Source: Synechococcus sp. UW140 (lineage in GTDB: Bacteria > Cyanobacteriota > Cyanobacteriia > PCC-6307 > Cyanobiaceae). Taken from it: a DNA stretch of 64,000 nucleotides. Positions within the stretch are counted from its first letter, which is position 1, and each line of letters begins with the position of its first letter. The stretch is from NCBI GenBank assembly GCA_943367705.1, contig CALRJV020000002.1, forward strand, positions 204,895-268,894. The letters run 5' to 3'. The position numbers and the translations under genes were made by a program. Shown piece after piece: positions 1 through 12,941 of this stretch. The notes under the pieces were generated by a model that worked only from the letters and a program-made list of their open reading frames with translations, ran no database searches and was not told the DNA's origin.

Positions 1-893
1 GCATCAGGGACAGCGAGATCACGGTCGGCACCGACGGCAACGTGAGCGGCAGCGCCGGTCTCACCGGCACGGCCTCGGCCAGCACCACCACCGGTGATGC
101 CGCCGCCGAGACCTCCCTGTCCGCCAAGGGCATCAACAACGATGTGAGGATCGCCATCGGCCAGGCCGGCAACGTGACCGGCACGGCCTCGGCCGCTGAC
201 CAGGGCACGACGGGCGCCGCCGTCACCGGCGACGCCGACGCCGAATCCGAACTCAAGGCGATCGGCATCCATCTGGGCAGCGGCACCCCGATCTCGATCG
301 GGACCACCGGCAACATCACCGGCACCGCTTCTGCCACGGCTCCCACTGTGCTGTCCACCACCACCACCGGTGATGCCACCACCGAGGTGGAATCCACCGC
401 CATCGGCATCAAGGGCAGCCGCGGCAGCTCGATCGGCCCCGGCCTCTCCGGCAACATCACCGGCACGGGCACCGGCAGCGCCGTCGGCGCCGCCAACACG
501 ATCACCGGACTGGCCACCGGCATGACCGATGCCCTCGTGGTGGGCATCAAGAAGGTCAACCTCTCCGCCGACAACGTGACGGCCCAGGGCACCGGCACCT
601 ACCGGACCGACGCCACCAACGTCAACGGGGATGCCAGTGCCACCTCCGACGTGATGGTGGCGGGTCTGCTGGGGCGCGGGAACACCGCCAGCCTCAGCGG
701 TGATCTGACGGCCACCGCGGTGCTCAGCAACATCGTGATGGCCTCCACCACCACAGGATCGGCCACCGCCACCGCCAACAGCAACGCGGTGGGCATGAGC
801 GGGTACAACGTCAACATCCTGCAAAGCGGCAACATCAACGCCTCGGCCGTGAGCGACACGATCGCGATGGCCAACACGGTGACGATCCCGTGA
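1..893 (+). CDS. C-terminal part of a Thr/Gly/Ala/Ser-rich repeat protein (putative secreted beta-solenoid/surface protein); 5' end outside window
   Basis: Frame is open from base 3 (IRDSEITVGTDGN...) to TGA at 891-893. Six 40-47 aa units of the pattern [V/I]TGxA...TTTGDAxA...xG[I/L/M]...GN. Lies directly upstream of a T1SS operon. Confidence 0.75.
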   Translation, partial: IRDSEITVGTDGNVSGSAGLTGTASASTTTGDAAAETSLSAKGINNDVRIAIGQAGNVTGTASAADQGTTGAAVTGDADAESELKAIGIHLGSGTPISIGTTGNITGTASATAPTVLSTTTTGDATTEVESTAIGIKGSRGSSIGPGLSGNITGTGTGSAVGAANTITGLATGMTDALVVGIKKVNLSADNVTAQGTGTYRTDATNVNGDASATSDVMVAGLLGRGNTASLSGDLTATAVLSNIVMASTTTGSATATANSNAVGMSGYNVNILQSGNINASAVSDTIAMANTVTIP

Positions 894-926
894 TGGTCTG
901 ACCCCTCGCCTGAGAGGTCTCCCCCG

Positions 927-953
927 GGGGGCCGGATCCACGATCCGGCCCCC
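927..953 (+). other. Perfect 12-bp GC-rich intergenic stem-loop (no U tail)
   Basis: GGGGGCCGGATC-CAC-GATCCGGCCCCC in the 99-bp gap between the first two ORFs. Confidence 0.7.
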
Positions 954-992
954 TCCCCGCTTCCGTTCCGGTCCCTGCGCCTGTCGCTCCCC

Positions 993-3056
993 ATGGCGTT
1001 CCAACCCATCACCACCGCCCTGTCGCGGGCCCTGGCCCTGCGCCTCGATCCGGGCACCACCTTCCTCGGCGGTGGCCTCCAGCTCACCATTTCCCCCAGC
1101 GCCCTGGCCAGCAACCGGGTGGTCCTGCCGGCTTCCCAGCCGATCGGCTCCGTCGCCTCCGCCCTGGGCCTGGGTCTCGGCTCCAGCCGGTTCTTCACGG
1201 CCCCCGACGACGCAGCCTTCTTCAACAGTCCCGGCCTCTCGGTGGTCACCGGTGGAGGATCGATCACCGGCAGCGCCGAGGCCTCGGCCAGCACCACGGG
1301 CCGCAACGACAACAGCGCCGAGGCCACGGCGGTCAATGTCGGCCTCGCCAATCTCCATCTGGTCTCCCGCGGTGGCGGCGTCCTGCGGATCGGCAATCCC
1401 GCCGATCCCCTGCGGGCGGCGGCGGCGGCGGCCACCCGTTCCCTGCTGGCGCCCCAGGCCACCCCGCCGCTGGCCGCCCAGCTGAGCGCCCTCGCCACGG
1501 TGCGGGGACTGGAGGGAGTCCCCGCCGCCGACCCCCCGGAGATCGTTTCCCTCCCCACCTTCTACGGCCAGCCCGTGGCCACGGTGCTCGCCAGCGCCGA
1601 TCTCGACCTGGATCCGGGGCCGGTCGCCACGACGGCCCGGGCCGTGGCCGATGCCCGGGGGATTGAGGGGTATCGGGTCATGGCCCTCTCCCCGGGGCCG
1701 GGATCCACCGCCCTCGTCGGCGGCATGGCCGCCGCCACCCTGGGCCTGGCCGGCGCACCGCCGACCGCCGCCCTGCCGGCGGACCTGTCGGCCACGGCCA
1801 TCGGCATCGACCATGCCGCATTGCGGGGGCCCGGCAGCGGTGCCGTGCTGTTCACGGGATCCGGTCTGGCCCTGCTGGAGACCGCCCCGGCCGCCGCCGC
1901 TGCGGCACCGGAGGCGGTGACGCTGCGCAGCCTGCGCGGCATCGGCATCCTCGGCAGCGACATCCAGAGCAACGGCGGCGATGCCACCGTGATGGCGATG
2001 GGGGGCTTTGCCGCACCACCGGCCGTGGGCCTGCTGCCCTCGATGGATGCGGCGGGCATCGACCGCTCCACGGTGCTCACCGGCTCCCGCAACGATGTGG
2101 TGATGGGCCGCATTCTCACCGAGCAGGAGGCCGGGGTGGATGCGGATGGGAATGGGACGATCTCACCCAACACCTTCCTGGATGCCTCTGCCCTGACGGG
2201 AGGAGACGGAGGCTTCGATGGCATCCGCAACAGTCTCATCCACACCGGTTCCGGCAGCGATGGGGTGTTTGGCTCCGCCAGTGGCAGCCGGATCGACACC
2301 GGCACTGACAATGACGCCATCCTTCTGGAGAGGGCCCGCAGCTCCGTTCTGGACGGGGGCTTCGGCAATGACAGCGTCCAGGTGAGTCAGCTGGCCGTGG
2401 GCAACCGGCTCAACGGTGGTTTCGGCAACGACACGGTGGACGTGGCCGCCGGTGACGGCAACCTGCTGGACGGCGGTTTCGGCCAGGACCTGGTGGTGGG
2501 CGGCAGCGGCCAGAACACGTTTCTGCAGTCCAACGCCGGGGCGGCCCTGGATGCTGCCAGCCGCAGCGCCGCTCCCGGGGCGTCCTTCGCGGAGCGGCTC
2601 GCCGATCCCGCCTTCTGGGCGGGGCTGGGGACCCAGCAGAAACAGGACCTCTGGCAGAGCGGTGAGCTGCTCCAGGGCGGCCAGGTGCTGCGTGCCGACA
2701 CGATGAGCAACTTCGATGCCAGCCGCGGCGACATTCTCGAACTGAGCAGTTCCCTTGGCTCGCTCACCCAGTCCCTCTGGGACACCCAGGGGGCCATCTT
2801 CGGCGTGCAGAACGGGCAGCTGGTGGTCCGTGACGGGCCGGCGAACAGTCAGCTGGGTGTCGTGGTCGGAACCCTGGCCGACATCCGCTCCCTCGGCATC
2901 GGATCTCCCTCGCTCGCCTACGCCACCGACACCCGCCAGCTGATGTTCGATGCCGATGGGAACTGGAAGCAGGGCAGCCAGAGCCTCGGGACCGTGAACA
3001 TGTCCGATCCGTCCGTCCTCACCAAATCCAACATCCACTTCGGCAGCGGCAGCTGA
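993..3056 (+). CDS. RTX-like Ca-binding repeat protein, putative T1SS substrate (687 aa)
   Basis: Nonapeptide-like repeats GGFGNDSVQV, GGFGNDTVDV, GGFGQDLVVG, TGSGSDGVFG. C-terminal LAYATDTRQLMFDADG resembles RTX C-termini. Upstream of hlyB/hlyD. Confidence 0.75.
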   Translation: MAFQPITTALSRALALRLDPGTTFLGGGLQLTISPSALASNRVVLPASQPIGSVASALGLGLGSSRFFTAPDDAAFFNSPGLSVVTGGGSITGSAEASASTTGRNDNSAEATAVNVGLANLHLVSRGGGVLRIGNPADPLRAAAAAATRSLLAPQATPPLAAQLSALATVRGLEGVPAADPPEIVSLPTFYGQPVATVLASADLDLDPGPVATTARAVADARGIEGYRVMALSPGPGSTALVGGMAAATLGLAGAPPTAALPADLSATAIGIDHAALRGPGSGAVLFTGSGLALLETAPAAAAAAPEAVTLRSLRGIGILGSDIQSNGGDATVMAMGGFAAPPAVGLLPSMDAAGIDRSTVLTGSRNDVVMGRILTEQEAGVDADGNGTISPNTFLDASALTGGDGGFDGIRNSLIHTGSGSDGVFGSASGSRIDTGTDNDAILLERARSSVLDGGFGNDSVQVSQLAVGNRLNGGFGNDTVDVAAGDGNLLDGGFGQDLVVGGSGQNTFLQSNAGAALDAASRSAAPGASFAERLADPAFWAGLGTQQKQDLWQSGELLQGGQVLRADTMSNFDASRGDILELSSSLGSLTQSLWDTQGAIFGVQNGQLVVRDGPANSQLGVVVGTLADIRSLGIGSPSLAYATDTRQLMFDADGNWKQGSQSLGTVNMSDPSVLTKSNIHFGSGS

Positions 3057-3104
3057 GCGGAGGGTGCCCTGCCCGGTTCCGATCGTTCCCCGTGGCTTTG
3101 ACCC

Positions 3105-3920
3105 ATGCTTCCTGTTTCCCGGCTCCACCTCGATCTCCGCAGCGCCCTTGATGCCATGGCCCGCCGGCCGCTGCACGAGCTGCTCGACCAGCACGGGCTG
3201 CTCCAGGCGCTGGCCCGGGATCTGGCCCTGAAGGCCCTGCGGGAGGACGTCCGCTTCACGGAGGAGGAACGGCAGGCGGTGCTGAGCCGAGTCTGCGCCG
3301 GACTGCCCTGCCCCGCCCCCTCCAGCCTGGAGGGCGACTGGATCGCCACCCTGCCCGAGGACCTGCGGGACACCGTGCGGCAGCGGTGGGATCACCTCCG
3401 CCACCAGAAGGCGCTGGAGGATCGCTACGGCGAGCGGGTGGAGGCCCATTTCCTCGAACGCCGTGCAGATCTGGAGCAGGTGGTGTTCCGGCTCCTGCGG
3501 CTGCCCCAGCAGGGTCTCGCCGAGGAGCTCTATCTCCGGCTGGTCGATGACGGTGCCGGTTTCGGGGAGCTGGCCAGCCGCTATTCGATCGGGGACGAAA
3601 GCATCACCCGCGGCATCGTCGGCCCGATCGAACTGTCCCAGCTGAACCCCACCCTGCGCGGAGTCCTGGGCTCTCTGGCGGTGGGGGACATCCATCCCCC
3701 CTTCCTGCTGGAGCAGGCGATCCTGGTGGTGCGGCTCGAACATCGCCGACCTGCCAGCCTGAGCGAGGACCTGCGCCACCGCCTCCTCGAGGAACTGCTG
3801 CAACCGGACCTGCACTCCTGCATCGAAGCGGTCCTGGCGGAGCTGCGCCACTCCCTCGCCGCGGAGCAGGCCCCGCTGGCTGCGGTACCGGCTCCGGCGC
3901 TGGCTGTGGCAGGAGGCTGA
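3105..3920 (+). CDS. PpiC/parvulin-type peptidyl-prolyl isomerase associated with T1SS
   Basis: Rotamase-like segment AEELYLRLVDDGAGFGELASRYSIGDESITRGIVGP...GDIHPPF; stop lies 3 bp before the ABC transporter start. Confidence 0.8.
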   Translation: MLPVSRLHLDLRSALDAMARRPLHELLDQHGLLQALARDLALKALREDVRFTEEERQAVLSRVCAGLPCPAPSSLEGDWIATLPEDLRDTVRQRWDHLRHQKALEDRYGERVEAHFLERRADLEQVVFRLLRLPQQGLAEELYLRLVDDGAGFGELASRYSIGDESITRGIVGPIELSQLNPTLRGVLGSLAVGDIHPPFLLEQAILVVRLEHRRPASLSEDLRHRLLEELLQPDLHSCIEAVLAELRHSLAAEQAPLAAVPAPALAVAGG

Positions 3921-3923
3921 GCC

Positions 3924-7015
<3,092 letters not shown>

Positions 7016-7019
<4 letters not shown>

Positions 7020-8449
7020 GTCCTTCCAGCAACGGCAACGGCAATGGCCATGGCACAGCCCATGCCAACGGCAACGGCAACGGCCACAGCCACAGCCACG
7101 CAACATCCCAGGCCACCGGCAGCCAGGCCGCCCGCACGGCCACCCTGGCTCCCCCCGAGGAGGCCACCCTGCCCTTGGTGCGCCTCTCCCGCAGTCGCCG
7201 TCGCACCCATCTGCCCCGTTCCACCCGCGGCTGGAGCCGCGCCATCGTCTGGAGCCTGATCGGGCTGACCGGCTTCGGTGTGATCTACGGCTCCGTGGCC
7301 CGGATCGATTCCTCGATCAGCACCACGGGCAAGCTGCGCCCCATCGGTGGCACCCTCGCGGTGCTCCCCCCGTTCACCGCTCCGATCCAGCGGGTCCGGG
7401 TCCGGGACGGACAGACGGTGAAGACCGGCGACGTGCTGGTGGAATTCGACAGTCAGCAGGCCCGCCGCGAGCGCCGCGACCTGCTGGCCCAGGCCGAACT
7501 CTGGCGCAGGCAGGTGAACCAGGCCGCCCGGCAGCTCAACCTCCCTCCCCTGCCGGGGAGCAGCCGGGAGGAGCGGCAGGTGCTGGCCCTGGAGCGCCGG
7601 GACATCCAGCTGCGTCATCGGGTGGCCCTGCAGCGACTGCGACGCAGCCAGGCCGGTGAGCGGGAACAGGCCGACGTGCTGGTGGCGTTGCGGTCCCGCT
7701 ACGCCCTCAATGCCAACATCCGCGCCCGCATGGCCCAGCTGGCCCGGGAGGGCGCCATCTCCCATCTGGAGCTGGAGCGTCAGGACGAGCGCCAGATGGA
7801 TCTGCTGAGCACCATCCGGCGCACCGAGCAGCAGATGGCCGCCGCCGGCAGCGGGGTGGTCGAGAGCTTGACCAACCAGGAACAGGTGGGCACTGAAAAC
7901 GCCCGTCGGCTCTGGGACCGCTACGACGAGGCCCGCCAGCGTCTCCTGGAGACCACCTCCCGGCTGGGCCAGGTGGAGGAGCGTCTCCGCCTCGGTCGGG
8001 TGGTGGCGCCCCGTCCGGGGAGGGTGTTCGACCTCCAGGCCCGGGCCGGAGAGCTCCCCACCCCGGGCCGTCCGCTGCTGAAGCTGGTGGGGCAGGGGGG
8101 ACTGGAGGCGGAACTGGCGGTCTCCAACCGGGACATTGCCTTCCTGCGGCCGGGAATGCCGGTGGACGTGCGGGTGACCTCGCTTCCGTTCACCGATTAC
8201 GGCTCCCTCCAGGGCACCGTGGTGCGGGTGGGGGCGGATGCGCTGCCCCCTGACCAGCGCACGGGGCAGGAGTCCTTCCCCGCGATCGTGCGTCTCGACC
8301 GCAGCAGCTTGGGTCGCCGGGGCCAGTCCTATCCCCTCCAGGCCGGCATGGCAGTGACGGGGATGGTGCAGCTGGGCTCGAGGCCGGTGCTGGCCCTGCT
8401 CAACGATCGGGTGGGAGGCTTCCTGGACGCCACCCGCACCATCCGCTGA
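7016..8449 (+). CDS. hlyD: HlyD family membrane fusion protein
   Basis: Single TM, VRDGQTVKTGDVLVEFD lipoyl-like half motif, long coiled coil, C-terminal LQAGMAVTG; ATGA overlap with hlyB. Confidence 0.88.
7031..7099 (+). repeat. Hexamer microsatellite-like repeats (AACGGC, CACAGC) encoding NGNGNGH/HSHSH in the HlyD N-terminus
   Basis: aacggcaacggcaatggccat ... aacggcaacggcaacggccacagccacagccac read directly from the sequence. Confidence 0.7.
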
Positions 8450-8452
8450 CCG

Positions 8453-11047
8453 CTAAGCCACCGCCATGGCACCGCCACTGGCAGGGACGCCGGTCGTGTG
8501 CAGGGCCGGCAGCTGGGCGAGGGCGGTGACGCTCCTGTCGGATCCCAGCAGCACCAGTCGGCTGCCCAGGTCCCCGGTGGCGATCGCCAGCTGGTCGATC
8601 CCGGTGCTTCGGGCATCCATGCCGGCGACCAGCTGATCGAGGGGAGCGATCGGCAGCAGCCGGGCCTGGCCGATCCCGTCGAGCCCTGCCGGCGTCAGGT
8701 CGATCACGTTCCCGGCCGCCCCGGGTAGAACGCCCTCCAGTCGCAAGGAGACCTGGTCGGTGAGACCGATGCCATCGGCCGTCGTGGACGGGCTGAGTTC
8801 CAGGTCGGCCAGCACCGGCAGGACGAACTTGCTGTCGGCCGCCATCGCGCGGATGGCCTCCACGCCCGCCAGGACGAAGCGATCGCGACCCTGCCCGCCG
8901 CTGACCACCAGGCCGGCGGCCGGTGCGCTCCCGGCCGGCGGCCGGGCGGAAAGATCCAGCTCGAACGTGTCGTCTCCGTCCCCACCCTCGAGCCGCAGGG
9001 TCTCGGCAGCGGCGACCAGCCGGTCGTCTCCCGCCCCGCCCCGCACCGCCTCGAAGCCGCTGATGCCCCCCAGGATGCCGCTCGCCTCGCCCTGGCGGAG
9101 ATCGACGCTCACCGGCTCCTGCCAGGCGCCGTAGTCGAGCCCATCCACGCCGTTCCCAGCCTCCAGCACCCCATCGAGCACCCCCCGGGCCCCCATCGAC
9201 ACCAGCGCATCCCCGTCCCCGAGTGCGAAATTCTCCAGCCCACGGAAGTTCAGCGATCCGATGGTCCCTTCTCCGGGGCCATCCAGGCTGAGCCGCAGGG
9301 GGTCGGCTCCCAGGTCGTCCGGATGGAGTTCCTCGGACGTTTCGGAGCTTGCCACGGTCCTGAGGGTGTCGAACCCGTCGCCGCCGTCGACGGACCCGGA
9401 CAGGGCCGCCGCCGGGAGCAGGATCAGGTCATCCCCCGCCGCCGTGTCGAGCGTCACCACCGCCCTTTCTCCGGATGCCAGGGTCAGGGTCAATCCGTCA
9501 TCGCCGTCCGCCAGTCGGATGGCATTGCTGGAATCCGGCGCCAGCGCCACGGTGGACGACGCCACCCTGCCATTGACCAGCAGCCCGTTGGAACCGCTTC
9601 CCAGCGAGAGGCGCGAATCGATCACGGCGCCTTCCACCCTCAGCTGGTCATCGCCATCCCCGAGGAGCACGTCCGACTGCATCAGGGCGATCCGCTGGAG
9701 TTCGCCGTCCCGTCCGTCCGGGCCCTCGAGCCGGACGTTGATGCTGACCAGATCGTCGCCGCCTCCCACATCCAGCAGGCTGTCGACCAGTCCAAGGGCG
9801 CGGGCCCGCAGCTGCAGGGAGGCATCGTCCTGCCCGGCCTGGGGGGAGGGGATGTCCAGGATCAGGCCAGGGCCTGACCCCTCCAGGTCCAGGAATCCGC
9901 TGGAGATCGTGACCCGGTCGTCCCCATCCCCCAGGAGGATGGAGCTGTTCTGCATCGCCTGGGACAGCAGATCGATCCCCAGCTGGCGGTGCTCCGGGGC
10001 CGTCGGGGCCCGGAGCTGGAAGCGGGCCAGGCTGCTGAGCTCCAGGGAACCGCCACCGCCGATGTCCTGGAGCTGGCTGTCCAGCATGCCGATAAGGGAC
10101 TCCAGGATCTGCCCCCGGACGGTTCCGCCGGCCAGCAGGGCGAGGTCGATGACGTCGGTGACCTGCAGGCGGATGTCATTGGTCTCGGGGCCGAACAGCA
10201 GCCGCGCCTGATTCAGACCTGTGTTCCGGCTCTCCATCGCCAGATCGGCGTCGTTGAGCACCGAAAGGCTGAGCAGGTTGAGCCGCCGGTCGGAGCTCAC
10301 CTCCACCAGGGGGGTGGCGACGTTGCGCAGGTCGATCACCGCGTCGGTGATGGCCCCGAGTTCGTTCCGGAAGCTGGTGCTGGCTGCCCCCTCCACCGAG
10401 CGGCTGACGATCCCCTCGTTGCTGCGGAGCACCACCCTGAGGGAGGGGATCTCGGGCTCCACTGCCATGGCCATGGTCGTGGCTGTGGCAGCGGCGGTCT
10501 CCCTGCCCGCGTCCATGTCCGCCGCGGGGGGTGATGCCGTGGGGCGGGTGGCTTCGAGACGGGCCGCAGCGACGGCCAGGGGCTGGGAAGAGGAGCCCGC
10601 GGCCAGGGAGCGGGCTGCGGCGGGTGGCAGCTCCTGGGAGGGGCTGGCGAGGGCGCCGGCCGTCGGCCCCGCCGCCTGCGACGGGCTCCAGCGCCCCGGA
10701 CCGTTCAGGGACTCCGGCAGTTCCCCTGGCGCGACCCCGTCGGCCCGGGCGGGGTCGGCGGGTGGCGTCGGGGCACCCAGCGCCCCATCGGTGGCCTGCG
10801 AGTCCCCTCGGGGGGCAGGGCCCACGGCGCCACCGTTGCCGGGATCCCCGCCAGCGGCGACCCCACCGGGGGAGGACGGCTCCCCCGGTGGGGTCGCCGC
10901 CACGGCCACGTCCTGCATCAGGTAGAGAACGGCCAGCCACAGGGCCGTACCACTCAGGACGCTCTCAAGGGACAGTCGGCCTGAATCCTGCCGGAGACTC
11001 AACGCCTTGCCGAGTTGGCGACCGAAATGGCGGACGGCCTGACCCAT
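8453..11047 (-). CDS. Ca-binding RTX-like repeat protein (864 aa), putative secreted/surface protein
   Basis: AAGGAG RBS before ATG 11047; about 12 GxGDD-type repeats (LGDGDDRVTI, GGGDDLVSI, GGAGDDRLVA, GGDGDDTFEL); convergent with hlyD. Confidence 0.75.
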   Translation of the reverse strand: MGQAVRHFGRQLGKALSLRQDSGRLSLESVLSGTALWLAVLYLMQDVAVAATPPGEPSSPGGVAAGGDPGNGGAVGPAPRGDSQATDGALGAPTPPADPARADGVAPGELPESLNGPGRWSPSQAAGPTAGALASPSQELPPAAARSLAAGSSSQPLAVAAARLEATRPTASPPAADMDAGRETAAATATTMAMAVEPEIPSLRVVLRSNEGIVSRSVEGAASTSFRNELGAITDAVIDLRNVATPLVEVSSDRRLNLLSLSVLNDADLAMESRNTGLNQARLLFGPETNDIRLQVTDVIDLALLAGGTVRGQILESLIGMLDSQLQDIGGGGSLELSSLARFQLRAPTAPEHRQLGIDLLSQAMQNSSILLGDGDDRVTISSGFLDLEGSGPGLILDIPSPQAGQDDASLQLRARALGLVDSLLDVGGGDDLVSINVRLEGPDGRDGELQRIALMQSDVLLGDGDDQLRVEGAVIDSRLSLGSGSNGLLVNGRVASSTVALAPDSSNAIRLADGDDGLTLTLASGERAVVTLDTAAGDDLILLPAAALSGSVDGGDGFDTLRTVASSETSEELHPDDLGADPLRLSLDGPGEGTIGSLNFRGLENFALGDGDALVSMGARGVLDGVLEAGNGVDGLDYGAWQEPVSVDLRQGEASGILGGISGFEAVRGGAGDDRLVAAAETLRLEGGDGDDTFELDLSARPPAGSAPAAGLVVSGGQGRDRFVLAGVEAIRAMAADSKFVLPVLADLELSPSTTADGIGLTDQVSLRLEGVLPGAAGNVIDLTPAGLDGIGQARLLPIAPLDQLVAGMDARSTGIDQLAIATGDLGSRLVLLGSDRSVTALAQLPALHTTGVPASGGAMAVA

Positions 11048-11176
11048 CTCCTTCCCTTTCGCAGAGCTGCTCTTCCACCCCTAGCCGCATTTCGGCCCTG
11101 GAGCGATGCGGTGGTGCAAAGACGCTGTCATCATGGCTACCGCCTTCACGGTCCGCAACCGCCCGGCGGGCCCGCC

Positions 11177-12862
11177 TCAGCTCCAGACGATGAAGGCTCC
11201 GGGGGTGAGGTTGAGCAGCGGGCAGGTCAGGATCGGGGCCGCAGCGTCCGCGGCGGCCAACCCTGGCGGCACCAGATCCGTCAGTTGCCTGCGCTCCGGC
11301 TCCAGATCGATGCTCGGATGGGCCTTGCGGCGGGCATCGGGCGCCAGCAGCAGGTTCACCCCGGTGGTGCCCTGCCAGCGGGCCATCTCCATCAGCGGCC
11401 CGGCCAGGTCGGCGGCGGTGAGCTGGCGGGACTGGTGGGCGGCCAGCAACAGGGCCAGCCCGGGCCGATCGAGCAGGGCCAGCAGGCGGGGATCCTCCTC
11501 CCGCTCCAGCAGCAGCCCCTTGCGCCGTGCCCAGTCCCGCAGCAGCTCCAGACGGCTCGCCCCCAGCAGGGCATCGTGGGGGCCGTGCCAGCTGAGCACC
11601 GCCGTGAGGCCATGGGATTCCGCCTCCATCAGGTGGCCCAGCTTGGTGCGCTTCACCCGCAGGTAGGCGGCATTGTGGATGCCGGGATCCATCACCAGGG
11701 GCACCCGGTCGACCACCTGGAGCCCGTAGCCGCCCAGACCCGCGATCTTGCGGGGGTTGTTGGTGATCAGGCGCAGCCGGCGCACGCCCAGGTCGCTGAG
11801 GATCTGGGCGCCGACGCCGTAATTGCGCAGGTCGGCGGCGAAGCCCAGCCGTTCGTTGGCTTCCACCGTGTCGAGGCCGCCGTCCTGGAGGCTGTAGGCC
11901 TTGAGCTTGTTGATCAGGCCGATGCCGCGCCCTTCCTGGCGCAGGTAGACCACCACCCCCTCCCCGGCCGACTCGATCATGCGCAGGGCCGCCTCCAGCT
12001 GGGGTCGGCAGTCGCAGCGGAGCGAGCCGAAGGCATCGCCGGTGAGGCACTCGGAGTGCACCCGCACCAGCACCGGGCCGCTGCCCCGTTCGGGGTAGCC
12101 CTTGACGATCGCCACGTGCTCGCTGCCGTCGAGTTCGTTGCGGTAGCCGATCGCCCGGAACTGGCCGAAGCTGCTGGGCAGGGTGGCCTCCGCCTGGCGG
12201 GCCACGAACCGCTCGGTGTCGAGGCGGTAGCGGATCAGGTCGGCGATGCTGATCAGCCGCAGGCCGTGGTGGCGGGCGTAGTCGGCCAGCTGGGCCAGCC
12301 GGGCCATGGAGCCATCGGGATTCTGGATCTCGCAGATCACACCGGCGGGGTACAGACCCGCCAGGCGGGCCAGGTCGACGGCCGCCTCGGTGTGGCCCGC
12401 CCGCTGCAGCACCCCGCCCTGGCGGGCCCGCAGCGGGAAGATGTGGCCAGGCCGGCGCAGGTCGCCGGGGCGGGTGTCGGGATGGATCGCCACCTGGATC
12501 GTCCGGGCCCGGTCCTCCGCCGAGATGCCCGTGCTCACGCCACGCTCCGGGCCCGCATCCACGCTGACGGTGAAGGCGGTCTGGTTGCTGTCGGTGTTGC
12601 GATCCACCATCAGGGGCAGATCCAGGGCATCGAGCCGCTCGCCCTCCATCGCCAGGCAGATCAGGCCCCGGGCATCGGTGGCCATGAAGTTGATCTGCTG
12701 CGGGGTGGCGAACTGGGCCGCGCAGATCAGGTCACCCTCGTTTTCCCGGTTCTCGTCGTCGACCACCACGATCGACTCACCGTTGCGGATGGCCGCCAGG
12801 GCATCGGCGATGGCATCGAAGTGAATGCCCGTGGACTGGCGTGGGCCGGACAGGACGGTCAA
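11177..12862 (-). CDS. ribBA: Bifunctional DHBP synthase / GTP cyclohydrolase II
   Basis: [47 protein letters not shown]. Confidence 0.96.
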   Translation of the reverse strand: MTVLSGPRQSTGIHFDAIADALAAIRNGESIVVVDDENRENEGDLICAAQFATPQQINFMATDARGLICLAMEGERLDALDLPLMVDRNTDSNQTAFTVSVDAGPERGVSTGISAEDRARTIQVAIHPDTRPGDLRRPGHIFPLRARQGGVLQRAGHTEAAVDLARLAGLYPAGVICEIQNPDGSMARLAQLADYARHHGLRLISIADLIRYRLDTERFVARQAEATLPSSFGQFRAIGYRNELDGSEHVAIVKGYPERGSGPVLVRVHSECLTGDAFGSLRCDCRPQLEAALRMIESAGEGVVVYLRQEGRGIGLINKLKAYSLQDGGLDTVEANERLGFAADLRNYGVGAQILSDLGVRRLRLITNNPRKIAGLGGYGLQVVDRVPLVMDPGIHNAAYLRVKRTKLGHLMEAESHGLTAVLSWHGPHDALLGASRLELLRDWARRKGLLLEREEDPRLLALLDRPGLALLLAAHQSRQLTAADLAGPLMEMARWQGTTGVNLLLAPDARRKAHPSIDLEPERRQLTDLVPPGLAAADAAAPILTCPLLNLTPGAFIVWS

Positions 12863-12941
12863 GGGAACGGGCTGGATCAGGGAAGGGATCGAACCTCATT
12901 TATAGGGTGCCGGTACGATCCAGCGTTCTTCTGCGTTCCGC

